A stretch of DNA of 64,000 nucleotides, from positions 12,710,001 through 12,774,000 of the forward strand of contig NC_058368.1 in assembly GCF_018350175.1 (NCBI RefSeq), written 5' to 3'. The notes beneath the pieces are model-generated. The model saw only the letters and a program-made list of their open reading frames with translations. It ran no database searches and was not told where the DNA came from. The position numbers and the translations under genes are program-made. Source of the DNA: Felis catus (taxonomy: Eukaryota). The stretch's first letter is position 1; each line of letters opens with the position of its first letter. Below are positions 1-12,790 of the stretch, in pieces.

Positions 1-659
1 AAGACTGCAAAAGAGTTGGGCAAGAGGAAATCCAAACATAGCTTTCCGTAAAACATCTACTCTCTGCATCATCCAAGTCTGGCTGCAAGAGGCCGTACCA
101 TTCTTTAAGACTTTTTCACAGAGTGTGAGTTTAGGGATCCCGTTTTCTTTTCCTCCTGTCTAGCCCCTCTTCTGGAAATATACCATACACCCTGGCCATC
201 AGACAAATCTGCACTGCCTTAATTAAACTGTCCCTTTCAAATTCTGTCTCAAAAAGCTCCTGGGCTGGGATGTCCCAAAACCGGGGGCTAGACTTTTGAG
301 AGCACATGAAACATCCAGAAGAGTCCTAACTTCAGAGGTTCACATGGACCTACCCCCAAATAACCTGTTATTCAAGTAGAGCAGTTAATAAATAGCCTAA
401 AACTTTTCTTCTGTTCATTTTCTCCTCCAGATCAGAAAGAACTCTTCTGAGCAGCTTGAAAGTTCAAGTTGAGGGATTTAAGAATGAGTCTGAATGGGTC
501 CCTTCTGCTTTTCTCAGAACTGTGTTGAAGAGAATGGACTCTGCTAGATACTGGCATGCACTGGGGCTGGAGGTTAGGTGCAAAGATGAATGGAAATGGT
601 CCCTGCCCTCAAATAGCAAATAGGAATAAGGATGCTTCACATTTAAAGCTTCCAAATTA

Positions 660-820
660 TTTTCACATATATCAACACTCACAACAGCTTTGAGAGGTAG
701 ATGGTATTATGTACTTTTTATAGGTAAAGCTCAGAGAAGATCAGTCCAAGATTACACAAATAGCACGAGTTGAAGTGGGACCAGCAACTGAATCTTCTGC
801 TCTAAATCATATCCTTCCCT
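660..820 (-). mobile_element. MIR SINE relic
   Basis: cacaacagctttgagaggtagatggtattatg...gctcagagaag...ccaagattacaca resembles the reverse complement of the MIR core. Confidence 0.6.
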
Positions 821-879
821 ACAGGTGCAGGCATCCTCCACAGTTCAGAGAGGACAAAAGCATCCTTACTGTCACAACA

Positions 880-1390
880 GCAGTGCAAACAGAGTCGTGG
901 GCCCAGAGGAAGAGGGAGATGATGCCCTCAGGGTGAGGTGAGGTGGGTGGGGTAGGAGGTAGGGAAGCCTAAGGGAGCATGGGTGGGGTTTCAACTGGCA
1001 AGTCCTACTGGGAAGGCGAATGGGGTGGGGAGTGGCAAGAGCACAGCCATATAGGAGAAGGGAGAACTGGAGGCCCCTTAGGAAATAGTCAAGTGTGGCT
1101 GGTCTAAAGGGTATGCAGGGCACAGAGACTTAGAAGCAAGAGTAAGGGAAGGGAAGTGGTCCCTGTCCAGGCTGCTGAGTGTCGATGAGTGCAGTAGGCA
1201 CAGGAGCCACTGGGGTTGGGAAGACTGACATTCATTTAACAGCAAGGTGAAGAAGGAATTAGCAGAAGGGACAGAAAAGGAGGCAGAGACATTCTCAGAT
1301 ACTATCCAGGCCAAAGGAAGAGGTGGGGGTCTCGACAGGGTAGTGACAGTGGGACCAGAAAGCAGGGAGAAGTGTGGATGGCAAGAAATT
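880..1390 (-). mobile_element. L2 LINE relic
   Basis: purine-rich L2-antisense signatures (gtaggcacaggagccactgg, atccaggccaaagg...gggtagtgacagtggg); boundaries approximate. Confidence 0.5.
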
Positions 1391-1874
1391 CACCTTCTCT
1401 CTACTTTCGGAGATTCAGAAGAGGACTTTTAAATGCTCACAAATATACGCATGAAGCAGTCACATTCGTTTGCACTAGTGGAATCCTATTTGTCAGAATC
1501 CCCTTTGTGGGAGCCAATTGTATTTCAAAAAAATTAAGCAGATGAAGCAGAGATGCTCTGACAAAAGAGAGCTTTTTGGGTGCCTGGAGGTCCAGCTTCC
1601 AAAGGTGCACTCAGGCTTAGCTTGACAATAAAATCTCAGGTGGTACTCAAATACCCCCTAAATGCACATTATCTCTGTGGGCACACGGTCTCTGTTTTTG
1701 TTTTATTTTGTGTAATATTGAACTTAGATTCTTTTATACTGTCTGTGACTGACCCTAGCCAAATATTGCTGCACAAAAATTTCAAAATTGGGACTCAGGA
1801 AGATGCCTGGTCCCACTGAGACAAGCTGGCATTATGTGCATTTTTAGCCAGCCAGCCAGTCACGCTTTTACATG

Positions 1875-2810
1875 TTGGGGATGAAGCAGTGACCAACAGA
1901 GTCAGTCTCTGAGCTCATGGACCTTATAAACTAGTGGGGAGGCCCACAACAAATGCATGTTAGCAAATAATACTATTAGATATAGTCAAGTGGTATGAGA
2001 AACGTAACATGATTGAAAGAGCAAAAGACACAAGGCGGTCTCTTGTCTGAACTGTGGCCTGAAAGACAAGAAGGAGTTAAGTCCCATGTAGATCTGGGAG
2101 GTATACATTTTAAAAAGCAGGACCAGCAGGCACCAAGCCAATGAACCTGGAACCACTCAGTATGTTGGAGGGTCAAAGACAAGGCCCGTGTGGGTGGGGA
2201 GTGAGTGGGAAAAGTACAGCAGATGGGGTTCTCCTTTGGCAAGGGGAGATCAATAGGCCTTATGTCAGGTGACTTCATTCTATTTTTGGAAGCTGTCAGG
2301 GGCGTAAAATGGTCTGGTTTGCGCTGTTACAAGGCTCACCCAGGCTACTATGTGGAAAATGAACTTTAAAGGGACAAGAGTGAAAAAGAATAAAAGAACA
2401 AGAGTGGAAGGAGAGAGGCCAATTAGGCAAGAGAGGATGCTGTTGGGCTACACCTGAATCAATTAGAGAGTAGGCTTTGACCGAGTTAGAGATGTTTCAG
2501 AGGTCGAGTCAACAGAACTCGGAAGTAGATTTGAGTGGGATGTTCCAGAGCAAGAGTAATCCCCCAGAACCCCTCTATTTTCATCGTAAACAGTTTGGTG
2601 GACAGTGGTACCATTTGCAGAGGAGGAAAAGCCCTGGGTTGGAGTTGATTTGGCCTCAGGCACGGGTTGGGAGGGTGGATAAGAATCAACAGTTCTGCTT
2701 TGACTTTCAAGGGGCAGAGATTCAAGAAGAGACACACGCAGAGTGGGCAGTTGGAAGCTGAGGTTCAGAGTAAAATTGGGTAGGAAACACTGATTTTTAA
2801 ACTTCAGTGA
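1875..2810 (-). mobile_element. L2 (L2a-like) relic
   Basis: gctcatggaccttataaactagtgggga, ctgaaagacaagaaggagttaa, agttctgctttgac..., gggcagttgga are typical L2 3'-region antisense motifs. Confidence 0.6.
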
Positions 2811-3470
2811 TCAATCAATAGTATCTTTGAGGACTTACTGTGTACTGGGAACCACTGAAAGAAAAATATTTTCCATTGGCAGCAAAGTGCTTCGCCCTGA
2901 GACCTCCGAACAGTACAGAGCTAAGGCTTTGCCTGTGGGCAGGACAGTGAGACGGAACACCCACCTGTTTCTGAGAAGAGATTTTCCAGGGTAACCATCT
3001 GGCATCTTCTGCAGAATGCCAGATCTTTGGCACGAGTTTGTCTTTAAAACAACAACACAATTAAGCTTCTGTGAAGCATGGTGCTGTGTAAATCCACCGT
3101 GTTAGAGATACTATCTTGACATCTAGGTACTGGTTCAATAGCATCACACTGCATCCAAACAAAGATGCCTTTCATTGTGTTTGTGTTTAGCCTCAGATGA
3201 AAATAGCTATGTGGGAAAACAAATTTCTCATGGGTTGTAAGTACTATTCAGACCAGTTAATACTTACTGTGTATCTACAGTATCTTCAAATGTTAAATTT
3301 CTTTGAAACAACTCTTGATGCTGCCAGTCCTTAAATGAATCAGCTTAATGTTAACAATGTAGTACTGTCATTATTTGTATTATTTATGTTGTGCTGTATT
3401 ATTTAATATTTTCTCACTCTGCAGAGGCAGCTATCCCAAGCATATTAAAGACACATTTCTTGCTAGAATT

Positions 3471-3472
3471 AG

Positions 3473-3519
<47 letters not shown>

Positions 3520-3626
3520 GGAAAGGAAAGGAGGAAGGAAAGAAAAGAGGGAGAGGGACAGAGAGAAAAGAGAAAGAAAGAAAGAAGGAGGAAGGAGGAA
3601 AAGAGGGAGAGGGACAAAGAGAAAAG

Positions 3627-3677
<51 letters not shown>

Positions 3678-3728
3678 AGAAAGGAGGAAGGAGGAAAAGA
3701 GGGAGAGGGACAGAGAGAAAAGAGAAAA

Positions 3729-3777
<49 letters not shown>

Positions 3778-3828
3778 AGAAAGGAGGAAGGAGGAAAAGA
3801 GGGAGAGGGACAGAGAGAAAAGAGAAAA

Positions 3829-3897
<69 letters not shown>

Positions 3898-3935
3898 GAA
3901 AACAAACGAAGGAAGGAAAAAAAGGAAGAAAGAAA
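3471..3935. repeat. compound (GAAA)n microsatellite with four interspersed GGAGG/GGGACA cassettes
   Basis: directly visible ~460-bp almost pure purine tract. Confidence 0.97.
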
Positions 3936-4109
3936 ATCTCTAAGGCAAAATCTATAGGGACAGGAGGTACGCAGATGATTTTAATAGTCAGCAAGAAAAG
4001 ATATTAAACAATTACAACTTTCTGCTTTTTCTCCCACATATTTATCATTCTTGGGGTGCCAATCTCAGAAGTCTAGACTAGGAGAGTTTTGAGAGTTGTT
4101 AATTTATCT

Positions 4110-4480
4110 ATCAATCCATCCATTCATTAATTCACCACAAAAGGAATATTTTCAATGATGGTGGGGAATGTTTTCAGTGACACACTTGTCACGGAAAGAG
4201 ATATGGTATCCATCCTTAAATTAGTTCATGCTTTAGTAATTTAATAAGCAATTTCCTGGATACTAATAAGTAATAAAATATGTAACTACAGGAATTCTTT
4301 AATTGAATTGTAATGATGCTACCCAGGGAAAGTACAAAGTACAGTGAGAGTACTTAACAAAACACCATGCCTGGGTGGGGACAAGAGGCAAGTCAGGAAA
4401 GGTTTTTTGAAGAAATGATGTTCCATTTGAGACCCGAATGATGAGTACAAGTGAACCAGGAAAAGGGGTAAGAGGAAACA
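4110..4480 (-). mobile_element. L2 relic
   Basis: atccatccattcattaattcacc 3' tail motif; gtcaggaaaggttttttgaagaaatgatgttccatttgagacccgaatgatgagta. Confidence 0.55.
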
Positions 4481-4699
4481 GAACTGTGGATCCTAAAGAA
4501 CTGTGGATCTACGTGTGGAAATAGGACACATCTGTTAAGTACTGCAATATGACCTGACCTTATCAGTGCCATGAGCATAGTTTCAAATGGAACAACAGAC
4601 ACAAAGTCCTTTTGTTCTTTGTTTACTTCATTCCTAGGTTTTTATTTTATTTTTTGTTTTGCTTTTATTTTTTTCAATTGAGGCAACCCAGAATGAGCT

Positions 4700-4830
4700 C
4701 CTTGCTCCATAACCTCGTTGTGTGACCTTGGGTTGATGCAAGAGCACTACACAGTTGTAAGGATTCAATGAGATGATAGTGCCTAGCACAGTGACCAATG
4801 CATTTTAGGTGTTCAGTAGGTTTGATTCTC
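4700..4830 (+). mobile_element. MIR relic (internally deleted)
   Basis: tgtgtgaccttggg...gttgtaaggattcaatgagatga...gcctagcacagtg. Confidence 0.5.
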
Positions 4831-4879
4831 TTCTCTTTGCACATAAGCCATCAGTGCATACGCAATGCCTATTAACTAC

Positions 4880-5860
4880 ATAGAAGAGGGATGACATCAG
4901 AGAATACTTAGTAGATGAAGAGGCATTTTACTTAGCCTTGAATTGATGACAGGTTTTCAAAAAGTGTCAGTGATGCAGGAAATTGAAAGGAAAGGAGGTG
5001 TGGCGAGCCATTATGTTATGATGAAAGGTTCAGGAACGGGATGGTATGGACAGGGAAAATTCCAGTTAGGCCACAATACAAGATAAATGGAGGGTTGGGT
5101 GAGGAACGAACTGCATAAGTATGTTGGAGCCAGATTATTTTCAACTCTGAATGATAAGCTAAAGGATGTTTATTTTATCTTATAAGCAATAGGGAGTCAT
5201 TTAAGTCTTTGGATAAGGGGAAAGAATTGAATTAGACAACGTAATGGTGCAGAATGGATGGGGGAGAGAGTGTAGAAGCATGGAGAATATTTAGCAGACT
5301 TTATCTAGGAGTGACTTGGGGTGAATGTAGCAAGAAGGAACAGGTGGAAAGAGATTATAAACCAAGAGCTGACTGTGTCTGGTTATGTGAGACTGTGTGG
5401 GGGTTATGTGAGAGCTGAGAGAGAGAGGAAAGAATTATCTATAAATCTAAGGGTAACGCCTAAGTGGAACAGTTAATGCTAGTGGGGATGTCAGCAAGAG
5501 CTGATGCTTTTAGGGTTTCCCATTTCCCAACTCCCCAGAAAGAGCTGAAGTACGACTCAGCTTTAGAAATCTTATCCTAAAGACTTAGGGAATGTCGGGA
5601 AGAAAAAGCTCACAGCCTGCTGAAATAAAGAGTTAGAATTTGGCTAATCCATTTAGGCTATCCAAAAAGATGAGTTTAGCAATCATCCACATAGGTTAAT
5701 GGTGAAAACTATAGAAATCCTTGAGATCAGAGCCTTAGGTGCTAACACTGAGAGGATAGGAGACAAAAAAGGAGGCAGCCATAAAATGGACAAGAAGTAA
5801 CATGGGAATTAGGAGACCATCTAAAGACTGCACTGTTACGAAAGCAATGAGTATTTTTTA
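4880..5860 (-). mobile_element. L2 relic
   Basis: ggagccagatt...tattttatcttataagcaatagggagtcatttaag, aatcatccacataggttaatggtgaaa. Confidence 0.55.
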
Positions 5861-5876
5861 AAAAGAGTTTGAGGTT

Positions 5877-6003
5877 GGGTGTTTGGGTGGCTCAGTCAGT
5901 TGAGGACCTGACTCTTGATTTTGGCTTAGGTCATGATCTCATGGTTCATGAGACTGAGTCCCAAGTCAAGCTCCACACTGATAGCAAGGAGTCTGCTTGA
6001 GAT

Positions 6004-6051
<48 letters not shown>

Positions 6052-6137
6052 TCTCTCTGTTCCTTCCCCACTCGTGTTCTCCCTCCCTCTCTCTCTCTCA
6101 TTCTTCCCCCCACCTCAAAATAAATAAAAAACTTTAA
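5877..6137 (+). mobile_element. Can-SINE (older SINEC type)
   Basis: tRNA-derived head gggtggctcagtcagttg, (CT)n, aaaataaataaa tail; TSD aaaaagagtttgag at 5860-5873 and 6138-6151. Confidence 0.95.
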
Positions 6138-6340
6138 AAAAAGAGTTTGAGATGGCATGATGATGGTGCTGTTTTGAGAATGTCAAACGTTTCCTGGAAA
6201 TAAAGAAAAGTGAGAAGTTAACAAAGAGCAATGAAATAAGGAAAACAAAACATAGAAGTATTGGTGCCTTCCATGAAAATAGGATTAGTGGGAGCTAGAA
6301 TGTGAGGTTAGGCATTAAACAAATATATATGTATGTGCAC

Positions 6341-6379
6341 GTGTGTGTGTGTGTGTGTGTGTGTGGTACATGTCCACAT

Positions 6380-6410
<31 letters not shown>
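6341..6410. repeat. (GT)n-(CA)n inverted microsatellite pair around a short palindrome
   Basis: (GT)12 g gtacatgt cc acatgtac (AC)13 read directly. Confidence 0.95.
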
Positions 6411-6590
6411 ACTTATCCCTGGAAAGATACACATACGTACAAATAGTTTTCTCTAAGAAGGGGAACTAGATATCAATGCGACAAGGATGGGAAGAAGGCT
6501 CTTTTTTTTTTTATTTAATACCCTTGTGTTTTTTGGATTTTGTACAAAGTGTATAAACCTTAATTCTAGTAAAAAGAAAGAAAATTGTAC
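6411..6590 (+). mobile_element. L1ME-type 3' end fragment
   Basis: ctggaaagatacac...gttttctctaagaagggg...gggaagaaggctc(t)n...ttttggattttgtac. Confidence 0.45.
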
Positions 6591-7080
6591 TTTCAGAAAT
6601 TGGTTGATGATGGGGAAAATGAAGAAGTAAGTGCTGACTCTGCTTTCAATCAGAGTATAGTGAGACCATTCAATCAAGTATAGTGAGATGATATATTTGC
6701 TAATTTGTATTTGTAGACAAAGAAGAAGCATTTGATGGGGAAATGGGACATACAAGGCAAAAGAGGTGATAGCAGAAGAAGCAATGTTCCGACAAAGCGG
6801 GTCACACTCTGTTTAAAATCACCAGTGAAATGATAAAACTCCAAAAGAAGCCTTTCTTCCTCACAGATGAGCAAGAAGGAAAAGACAGGTGAGCAAAGAT
6901 AAAGAGATACTTTGCAGATGAGGGATGGTCAAGGGACATTTCTGACTCATGATGAAGTTAAATCAATGGATTACAAACCTGTAGGCTATTGTCACCTCTG
7001 CAGAGGAGAAGACAACTCATCTGTGAGACTGAGAGGTTGTGCTGGGGCAGAAGAAAAGGCACAACTATTTGTTACAAGCT

Positions 7081-7635
7081 TGTATTAGTTTCCTATTGTT
7101 GCATAATAAGTCACTACAAATTTCACAGCTTAATATGGTGTCCATTCTTATCTCACTGTTCTGAAGGTCAAAAGTCTGGACAGGCTCAACTGGACTCTCA
7201 GCTTAGGTTTTCACAAGGCCAAATAAAGATGTCAGCCAGGATGGGTTCTTACCTTGAAACTCTAGGAAATAACTGCTTCTAAATTTACTTGGCTATTGGA
7301 AGCATTCAGTTCTTTGCAGCTGTAGGGCTGAGTTTCCCATTTCTTTGTTGGCTGCCAGAGAGGCCTCTCTCTCTGTGATCTTTGTATGTGCTCCCCTCCA
7401 TCTTCAAAGTCAGCAGTGGCTCATCAAATCTTCTTGCACTTGGAATCTCTCTGACTTTCTCCCCTGCTGCCAGCCAGAGAAAACTCTCTTTGAAAGGGCT
7501 CAGTTGATTAGGTAACTGATTCATAACCTTGATTACATCTGCAAAATCCCTTTATCCTGTTGCATAACAAAATCACAGGAGTAATACCAAGGGATGGAGA
7601 TCATGGGAGCCATCTTAGAATCTTACCTATCACCA
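7081..7635 (-). mobile_element. MaLR solo LTR (MLT1E-like)
   Basis: starts tgtattagtttcctattgttgcataa, internal cattcagttctttgcagctgtagggctgag, ends gggagccatcttagaatcttacctatcacca. Confidence 0.8.
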
Positions 7636-7639
7636 GAAA

Positions 7640-8620
7640 ACCTTTTTGAGTGCTTACAGAGAGCCAAGCACTATGTTACCTTCTAGGCATTACCTTGAAG
7701 AAGCTCTATAAGCGTACAGCTCTTACAGAATTTATTTTCTGGGGAAATAGATAAGACAATGAATATGTAAGAATAAAATAAGGTAATTCAGACAGGGATA
7801 CGTTCTCTTAAGAAAATCAAGCATGGTGTTATAATAGAGAAAAACTGGGGGTGTGAGTGCTTCTATTTGAGGTCAGGGAAGTCCTCTCTAAAATGGCAGC
7901 ATTTGAGTTGACCTTTGAATGATGTAAGGAACTATTGTTCATGGGAAAACCAAGGAGATGGTTTCCAGGAATTTGGGACAACAACATTTCTTTTTTTTTT
8001 TTAACGTTTATTTATTTTTGAGAGAGACAGAGACAGAATGTGAGTGGGTTAGGGGCAGAGAGAGAGGGAGACACAGAATCTGAAGCAGGCTCCAGGCTCT
8101 GAGCTGTCAGCACAGAGCCCGACACAGGGCTTGAACTCATGAGCCAGGAGATCATGACCTGAGCTGAAGTCAGATGCTCAACCGACTGAGCCACCAGGCA
8201 CCCCAGGACAACAACATTTCTAAGGCAGGAAGAAGGTTGGCATATGTAATGAGGAACATAAAAAGGGTTGATATAGCTGGATTGAACTTTCCAGTTGTCA
8301 GGATATTCTAAAATGACCCTCCCCCAAAAGTATTAACCATCCATTGACAGATTTTATACCTGCTTGAATTTGCTTCATCATTAAGCATATTTCTATAAAA
8401 GTAAGACAGATCATCCTTAAAAATCTATCAGTTAACCCAACAACACATATTTATTGAGCACTTTGTATATGCCAGTCATTACTCCAGTTCTAGGAATAAA
8501 TCAGTGAGCAAAACAAGCAAATGACATTTTGACAATTACATGTGCCACTTACATTCTAGTGGGAGTGACACAAGAAACAAAACAAAATATTAGACTGTAA
8601 GAAGTGTTAAGGAGAAAAAA
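7640..8620 (-). mobile_element. L2 fragments (interrupted by SINE)
   Basis: ggtcagggaagtcctctct...atttgagttgacctttgaatgatg; caacacatatttattgagcac...acattctagtggg. Confidence 0.55.
7991..8204 (-). mobile_element. SINEC_Fc
   Basis: full antisense SINE; TSD ggacaacaacatttct at 7976-7991 and 8206-8221. Confidence 0.96.
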
Positions 8621-10403
8621 ATTACCTTAAGGAAAAGCTCAGCAAGTCTTTTCTACCCTCTCTCCACTAATTCCACTATTCATACATCCATTCATATACA
8701 CATCCATCCATCCTACATTGATGGATTGTAGGTCACACATCGAGGATACAAATTTAATCAATGATAAGACTTCCTCTTTCAGCTATGAAAGAGTTACTGC
8801 TATCAAATTTGTTCACTTGACATACTAGAAAACTAGAAAAAAATATATATAAAGGTTTCCACCATGGAACAGCAGTCAATCCTTAAGAAAAGAAAACATG
8901 AGGTAAGCCCCCTGTTTATCCTAGCTTCCTACTGGGGGCATGTCCTGGACTGCAGTGCAGGAAGATGGAGCCCAACCAGACCACAGTGATTTTGCTGAGC
9001 TGTGGAGACTAATAGGTGTGAGCAGGACTGCTAAAACATCGGAACATTCAGGGCAGGATCCTGGAAAGGGGAGATCTGAGGAGAGAACCACCCTAGGAAT
9101 CTGTGTACACGTTTTTGGTGAATCCTTGGCTGCAAGCCAGCCTATGCATTCAGAAGGAAAATGTTGTGAGTCCTCAAAGAGAATTATTGCTTTAGGGCTG
9201 AAAGCAGAATAGGAGATAGAAACTACATAATGCTAGAACACGGAGTTCTGACCCAGTTAGAATGGCAGATATTCCTGAGAATCGTAGGTATTTAGTTAAG
9301 ACTCCAAAAGCACCACACCCTGTGAGCAAAGACCATACCCCAGATAAGAGCTATACCCTAGGACTAAAGACAAATCTGGCCCATACAAGCCCTGACAAAG
9401 AACCAAAACACATTTCACAGGACAGAGAAGATTCCAAGTAATTTAACTGTTTGCCAGACAAAATATGACTCCCTCTAATGAATGACACTGTAAACCAGAT
9501 TTTCTACAATGTATTATCCACAATGTCAATGTTGAATGTACAATCCATTAATTACTATTCATGATTTAAAAAAAAAGAAAACGTGGCATAAAAACCAAGA
9601 AAAAAGACAATCAAGACAGACTCAGATTACTCAGCTGTTGGAATTAGGATTAAGCAAGAGAGTATAAAGCAAGAGTATTAAGCAAGAGAGTATAAATACA
9701 CTCAAGAATTTAATGGAAAAGGTGGAACTTACAAGTTACATGAGGAATATCAGCAGATAAATAAAAGCTGTTAAAAACGGAAATACTAGAACAGAAAAGT
9801 GTAACATTTGAAATGAAAAATCTGCTGGATGGGCTTCAAAATAGATTATAGAATCCAGAAGAAAGGGTCTATGAAGACAAATTCATAGAAATTACCCATT
9901 CTGAAAAAGAATATTAAAAAAAAATGAGCAGAACTTCAGGGGCCTATGAGAAAACATCAAGCTTTCTAACATATCTGTAATAGAATTTCTCAAAGGTGGG
10001 AAGAGAGGGAAAATGGAGCAGGGAAAAAAAAGGAAGAATAGAAAAAAATGTTTCCAAATTTAGTGAAGAATATCAACCTACAGATTCAAAAACTCAATGA
10101 CATGTAAAGAGAATAAAGAAAATGACATAAAGATACAGCACAGTAAACCACTGAAAATCACATATAGAGAGAAAATCTTAAAAGCAGCCATTACATACAT
10201 ATATATACATTTACCTAAAAGGAAACAATGATGGGAATTGATGGCTGGCTTCTTGTCAGAAACAATCAGGCCAGAAGATAATGAAATGACATCTAAGTGC
10301 AAAAATAAAAATAAATGTCAATCTCGAATTCTATACCTAGTAAAGATACTCTTTAAAACGAGGGTAGGGGCAAACATTAAAAAAAATTTTTTTTAAAGTG
10401 GTG

Positions 10404-10620
10404 GGGGCGCCTGGGTGGCTCAGTCGGTTAAGCATCTGACATCAGCTCAGGTCATGATCTCACAGTCTGTGAGTTTGAGCTCCACATCAGGCTCTGTTCT
10501 GAGAGCTCAGAGCCTGGAGCCTGCTTCGGATTCTGTGTCTCCCTCTCTCTCTTCCCCTCCCCTGCTCATGCTCTGTCTCTCTCTGTCTCAAAAATAAATA
10601 AAAACATTAAAAAACATTTT
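10404..10620 (+). mobile_element. SINEC_Fc (first of tandem pair)
   Basis: ggggcgcctgggtggctcagtcggttaag...ctcaaaaataaata. Confidence 0.96.
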
Positions 10621-10631
10621 AAAAGAAGGTA

Positions 10632-10854
10632 GAGGTGCCTGGGTGGCTCAGTCAGTTAAGCATCCAACTTTGGCTCAAGTCATGATTTCGTGGTTGGTGA
10701 GTTCAAGGCCCACGTTCAGCTCTGTGCTGACAGCCAGAGCCTGGAGCCTGCTTCTGATTCTGTGTCTCCCTCTCTCTCTGCCCCTTCTCTGCTCATGCTC
10801 TATCTCTCTCTCCCTCTCAAAAATAAATAAACATTAAAAAAATTAAAAAAATAT
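10632..10854 (+). mobile_element. SINEC_Fc (second of tandem pair)
   Basis: gaggtgcctgggtggctcagtcagttaag...ctcaaaaataaataaacatt. Confidence 0.95.
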
Positions 10855-11790
10855 AAATGAAGGTAAAATAAAGATATTCAGATAAATAAAATCTGAGTGT
10901 ATGTTGCCAAAAAATCTGCCTACAAGAAATACTAACAGAAGTTCTTCAGCATACAGAAAAATGATGCCAGGTTGAAACTTGGATCTAGAGGGTGGAATAA
11001 GGAGAATTGAAAATGACAAATATACAGGTAAATATAAAAGGCTCTCTTTTATTATCTCTTAATATCTTCTAAAAATGACTGTTGAAAACAAAAATGGTAA
11101 CATTTCAAATTGGATTATCATATATATAGATATTACTCATATAAGTCAAGGGATAGAGTAGATAAATGTAAATATAGTGCTTTAAGTAAAGTAGTATAAT
11201 ATTGATTTGATTTTAATTAATTTCAGAGATAAGTCTCATTACTTTTTGAAAAATTAGGCTACATTATAATAATTTTAGAATATTTAAAAATATCTAGTTA
11301 AAATGATAGGTATAGATAAAAAGCCAATAGAGATTAAAAGGAAATAATAAAAAATTATCTTCCAAAAAAACCCCAGCAAGAATTGAAGAGTGAAAACCAA
11401 ACCAAAACAAAAATAAACAAAATGAAATGAAAAAAAGGTACAAATATAAAATAAATAATGAGATAGGTTTGAACCCTGCCATATCAAGAACCACATTAAA
11501 TGTAAATTTGCTAACCATTCCAATGGAAAGCTATAATAAAACAGATAAAAAAGCAGGCTCAATTATATACTGTCAACAAGAATCACACATTAAAGACAGG
11601 GTAAGGTAAAGAGATGGAAAATGTATACTGTATAAATAATACACATAATGAAGTTGGTGTGGCTATATTAATATCATCTAAATTAGACTTTAAGACTAAG
11701 GATATTAACAGAGATAAAGAAGGAAGTTCATAATCATAAAAGAATAAATTGATCAGAAAGATAAAACAAACTTAAATACGCATTCACTTA

Positions 11791-11828
11791 TTTTTTTATT
11801 TTCTTGGAAAATTTTTTAAATGTTTATT

Positions 11829-11874
<46 letters not shown>

Positions 11875-12031
11875 GGAGCAGCAGACAGAGACAGAGGAGA
11901 CACAGAATTTGAAGCAGGCTCCAGGCTCTGAGCTTGTCAGCACAGAGCCCAACGCAGGGCTTGAACTCAAGAACTGTGAGATCACCTGAGCCGAAGTCGA
12001 TGCTTAATCAACTGAGCCACCCAAGTGTCCC
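11791..12031 (-). mobile_element. SINEC_Fc inside L1M
   Basis: antisense SINE with (GA)n; degenerate TSD ending ttcacttatt at 11783-11792 and 12040-12049. Confidence 0.94.
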
Positions 12032-12635
12032 AATATACTTTCACTTATTAACAGACTTTCATAATAAATGAGCCAATGATTGACAAAACTAATACAAATC
12101 CATAATGACTAGAGATTTTAAAACCCTCTCCTTGTAATTTATAGAACAAACAAACACATATATGCAAAGTTAGTTAAGTATAGCAATTGGGAAGATGTTA
12201 TCAATCCACATAACCTAGTTGACATTTTAGAACACTACACCTAACACTTTAAAATACACATTCTTTCAAGTGCACTGCACTATTCATTAAGATAGACTGT
12301 GTTTTAATACATTTCAAATGACTGAAATCTTACAACATAAGATTAAACTAAAAATCAGTAACAATAAGATAAATAAATAATAATAAAATATCTAGAAATG
12401 CTTCCAAATAGTTGGAAATTAAAGGGTACATTAAGTGGCCTATGGATCAAAGAATACGTCTAAGGGGAAATATTGGACATATTAGAAACAAAATGAAAAT
12501 GAAACACAACATGTCAAAATTTGTGAGAGTGTTAAAGAAGTGGTATAAGGAGAATTATAACATTAAATGTTTATACTAGAAACTAAAATGATGTAAAACC
12601 ATCAGGCTGAGCTTCCGTCTTAAAAAATTAGAAAA

Positions 12636-12790
12636 CAGATTTCATTTCAGCATTTTCATCATGAGTACTGGAAGAAGAAATAAAACCAGCACTGGAAGAA
12701 GCTCAATTAATTTTAGAATTTATATTTGCAGGACAAGGATGGAAGTGCTTTTTATTTCTTTCACTGTTAGGTGAAATAAAAAGAATTTTT
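12636..12790 (+). pseudogene. short orphan insert in L1 ORF2, probable retroposed RNA 3' end
   Basis: non-L1 sequence between duplicated aaattagaaaa/aagttagaaaa; AATAAA at 12775-12780; L1 reads contiguously once removed. Confidence 0.55.

Noticed and set aside
3375..4007. 163-210 aa K/E/R-rich and F/L/S-rich ORFs
   Set aside because: Translations of the stop-free (GAAA)n tract.
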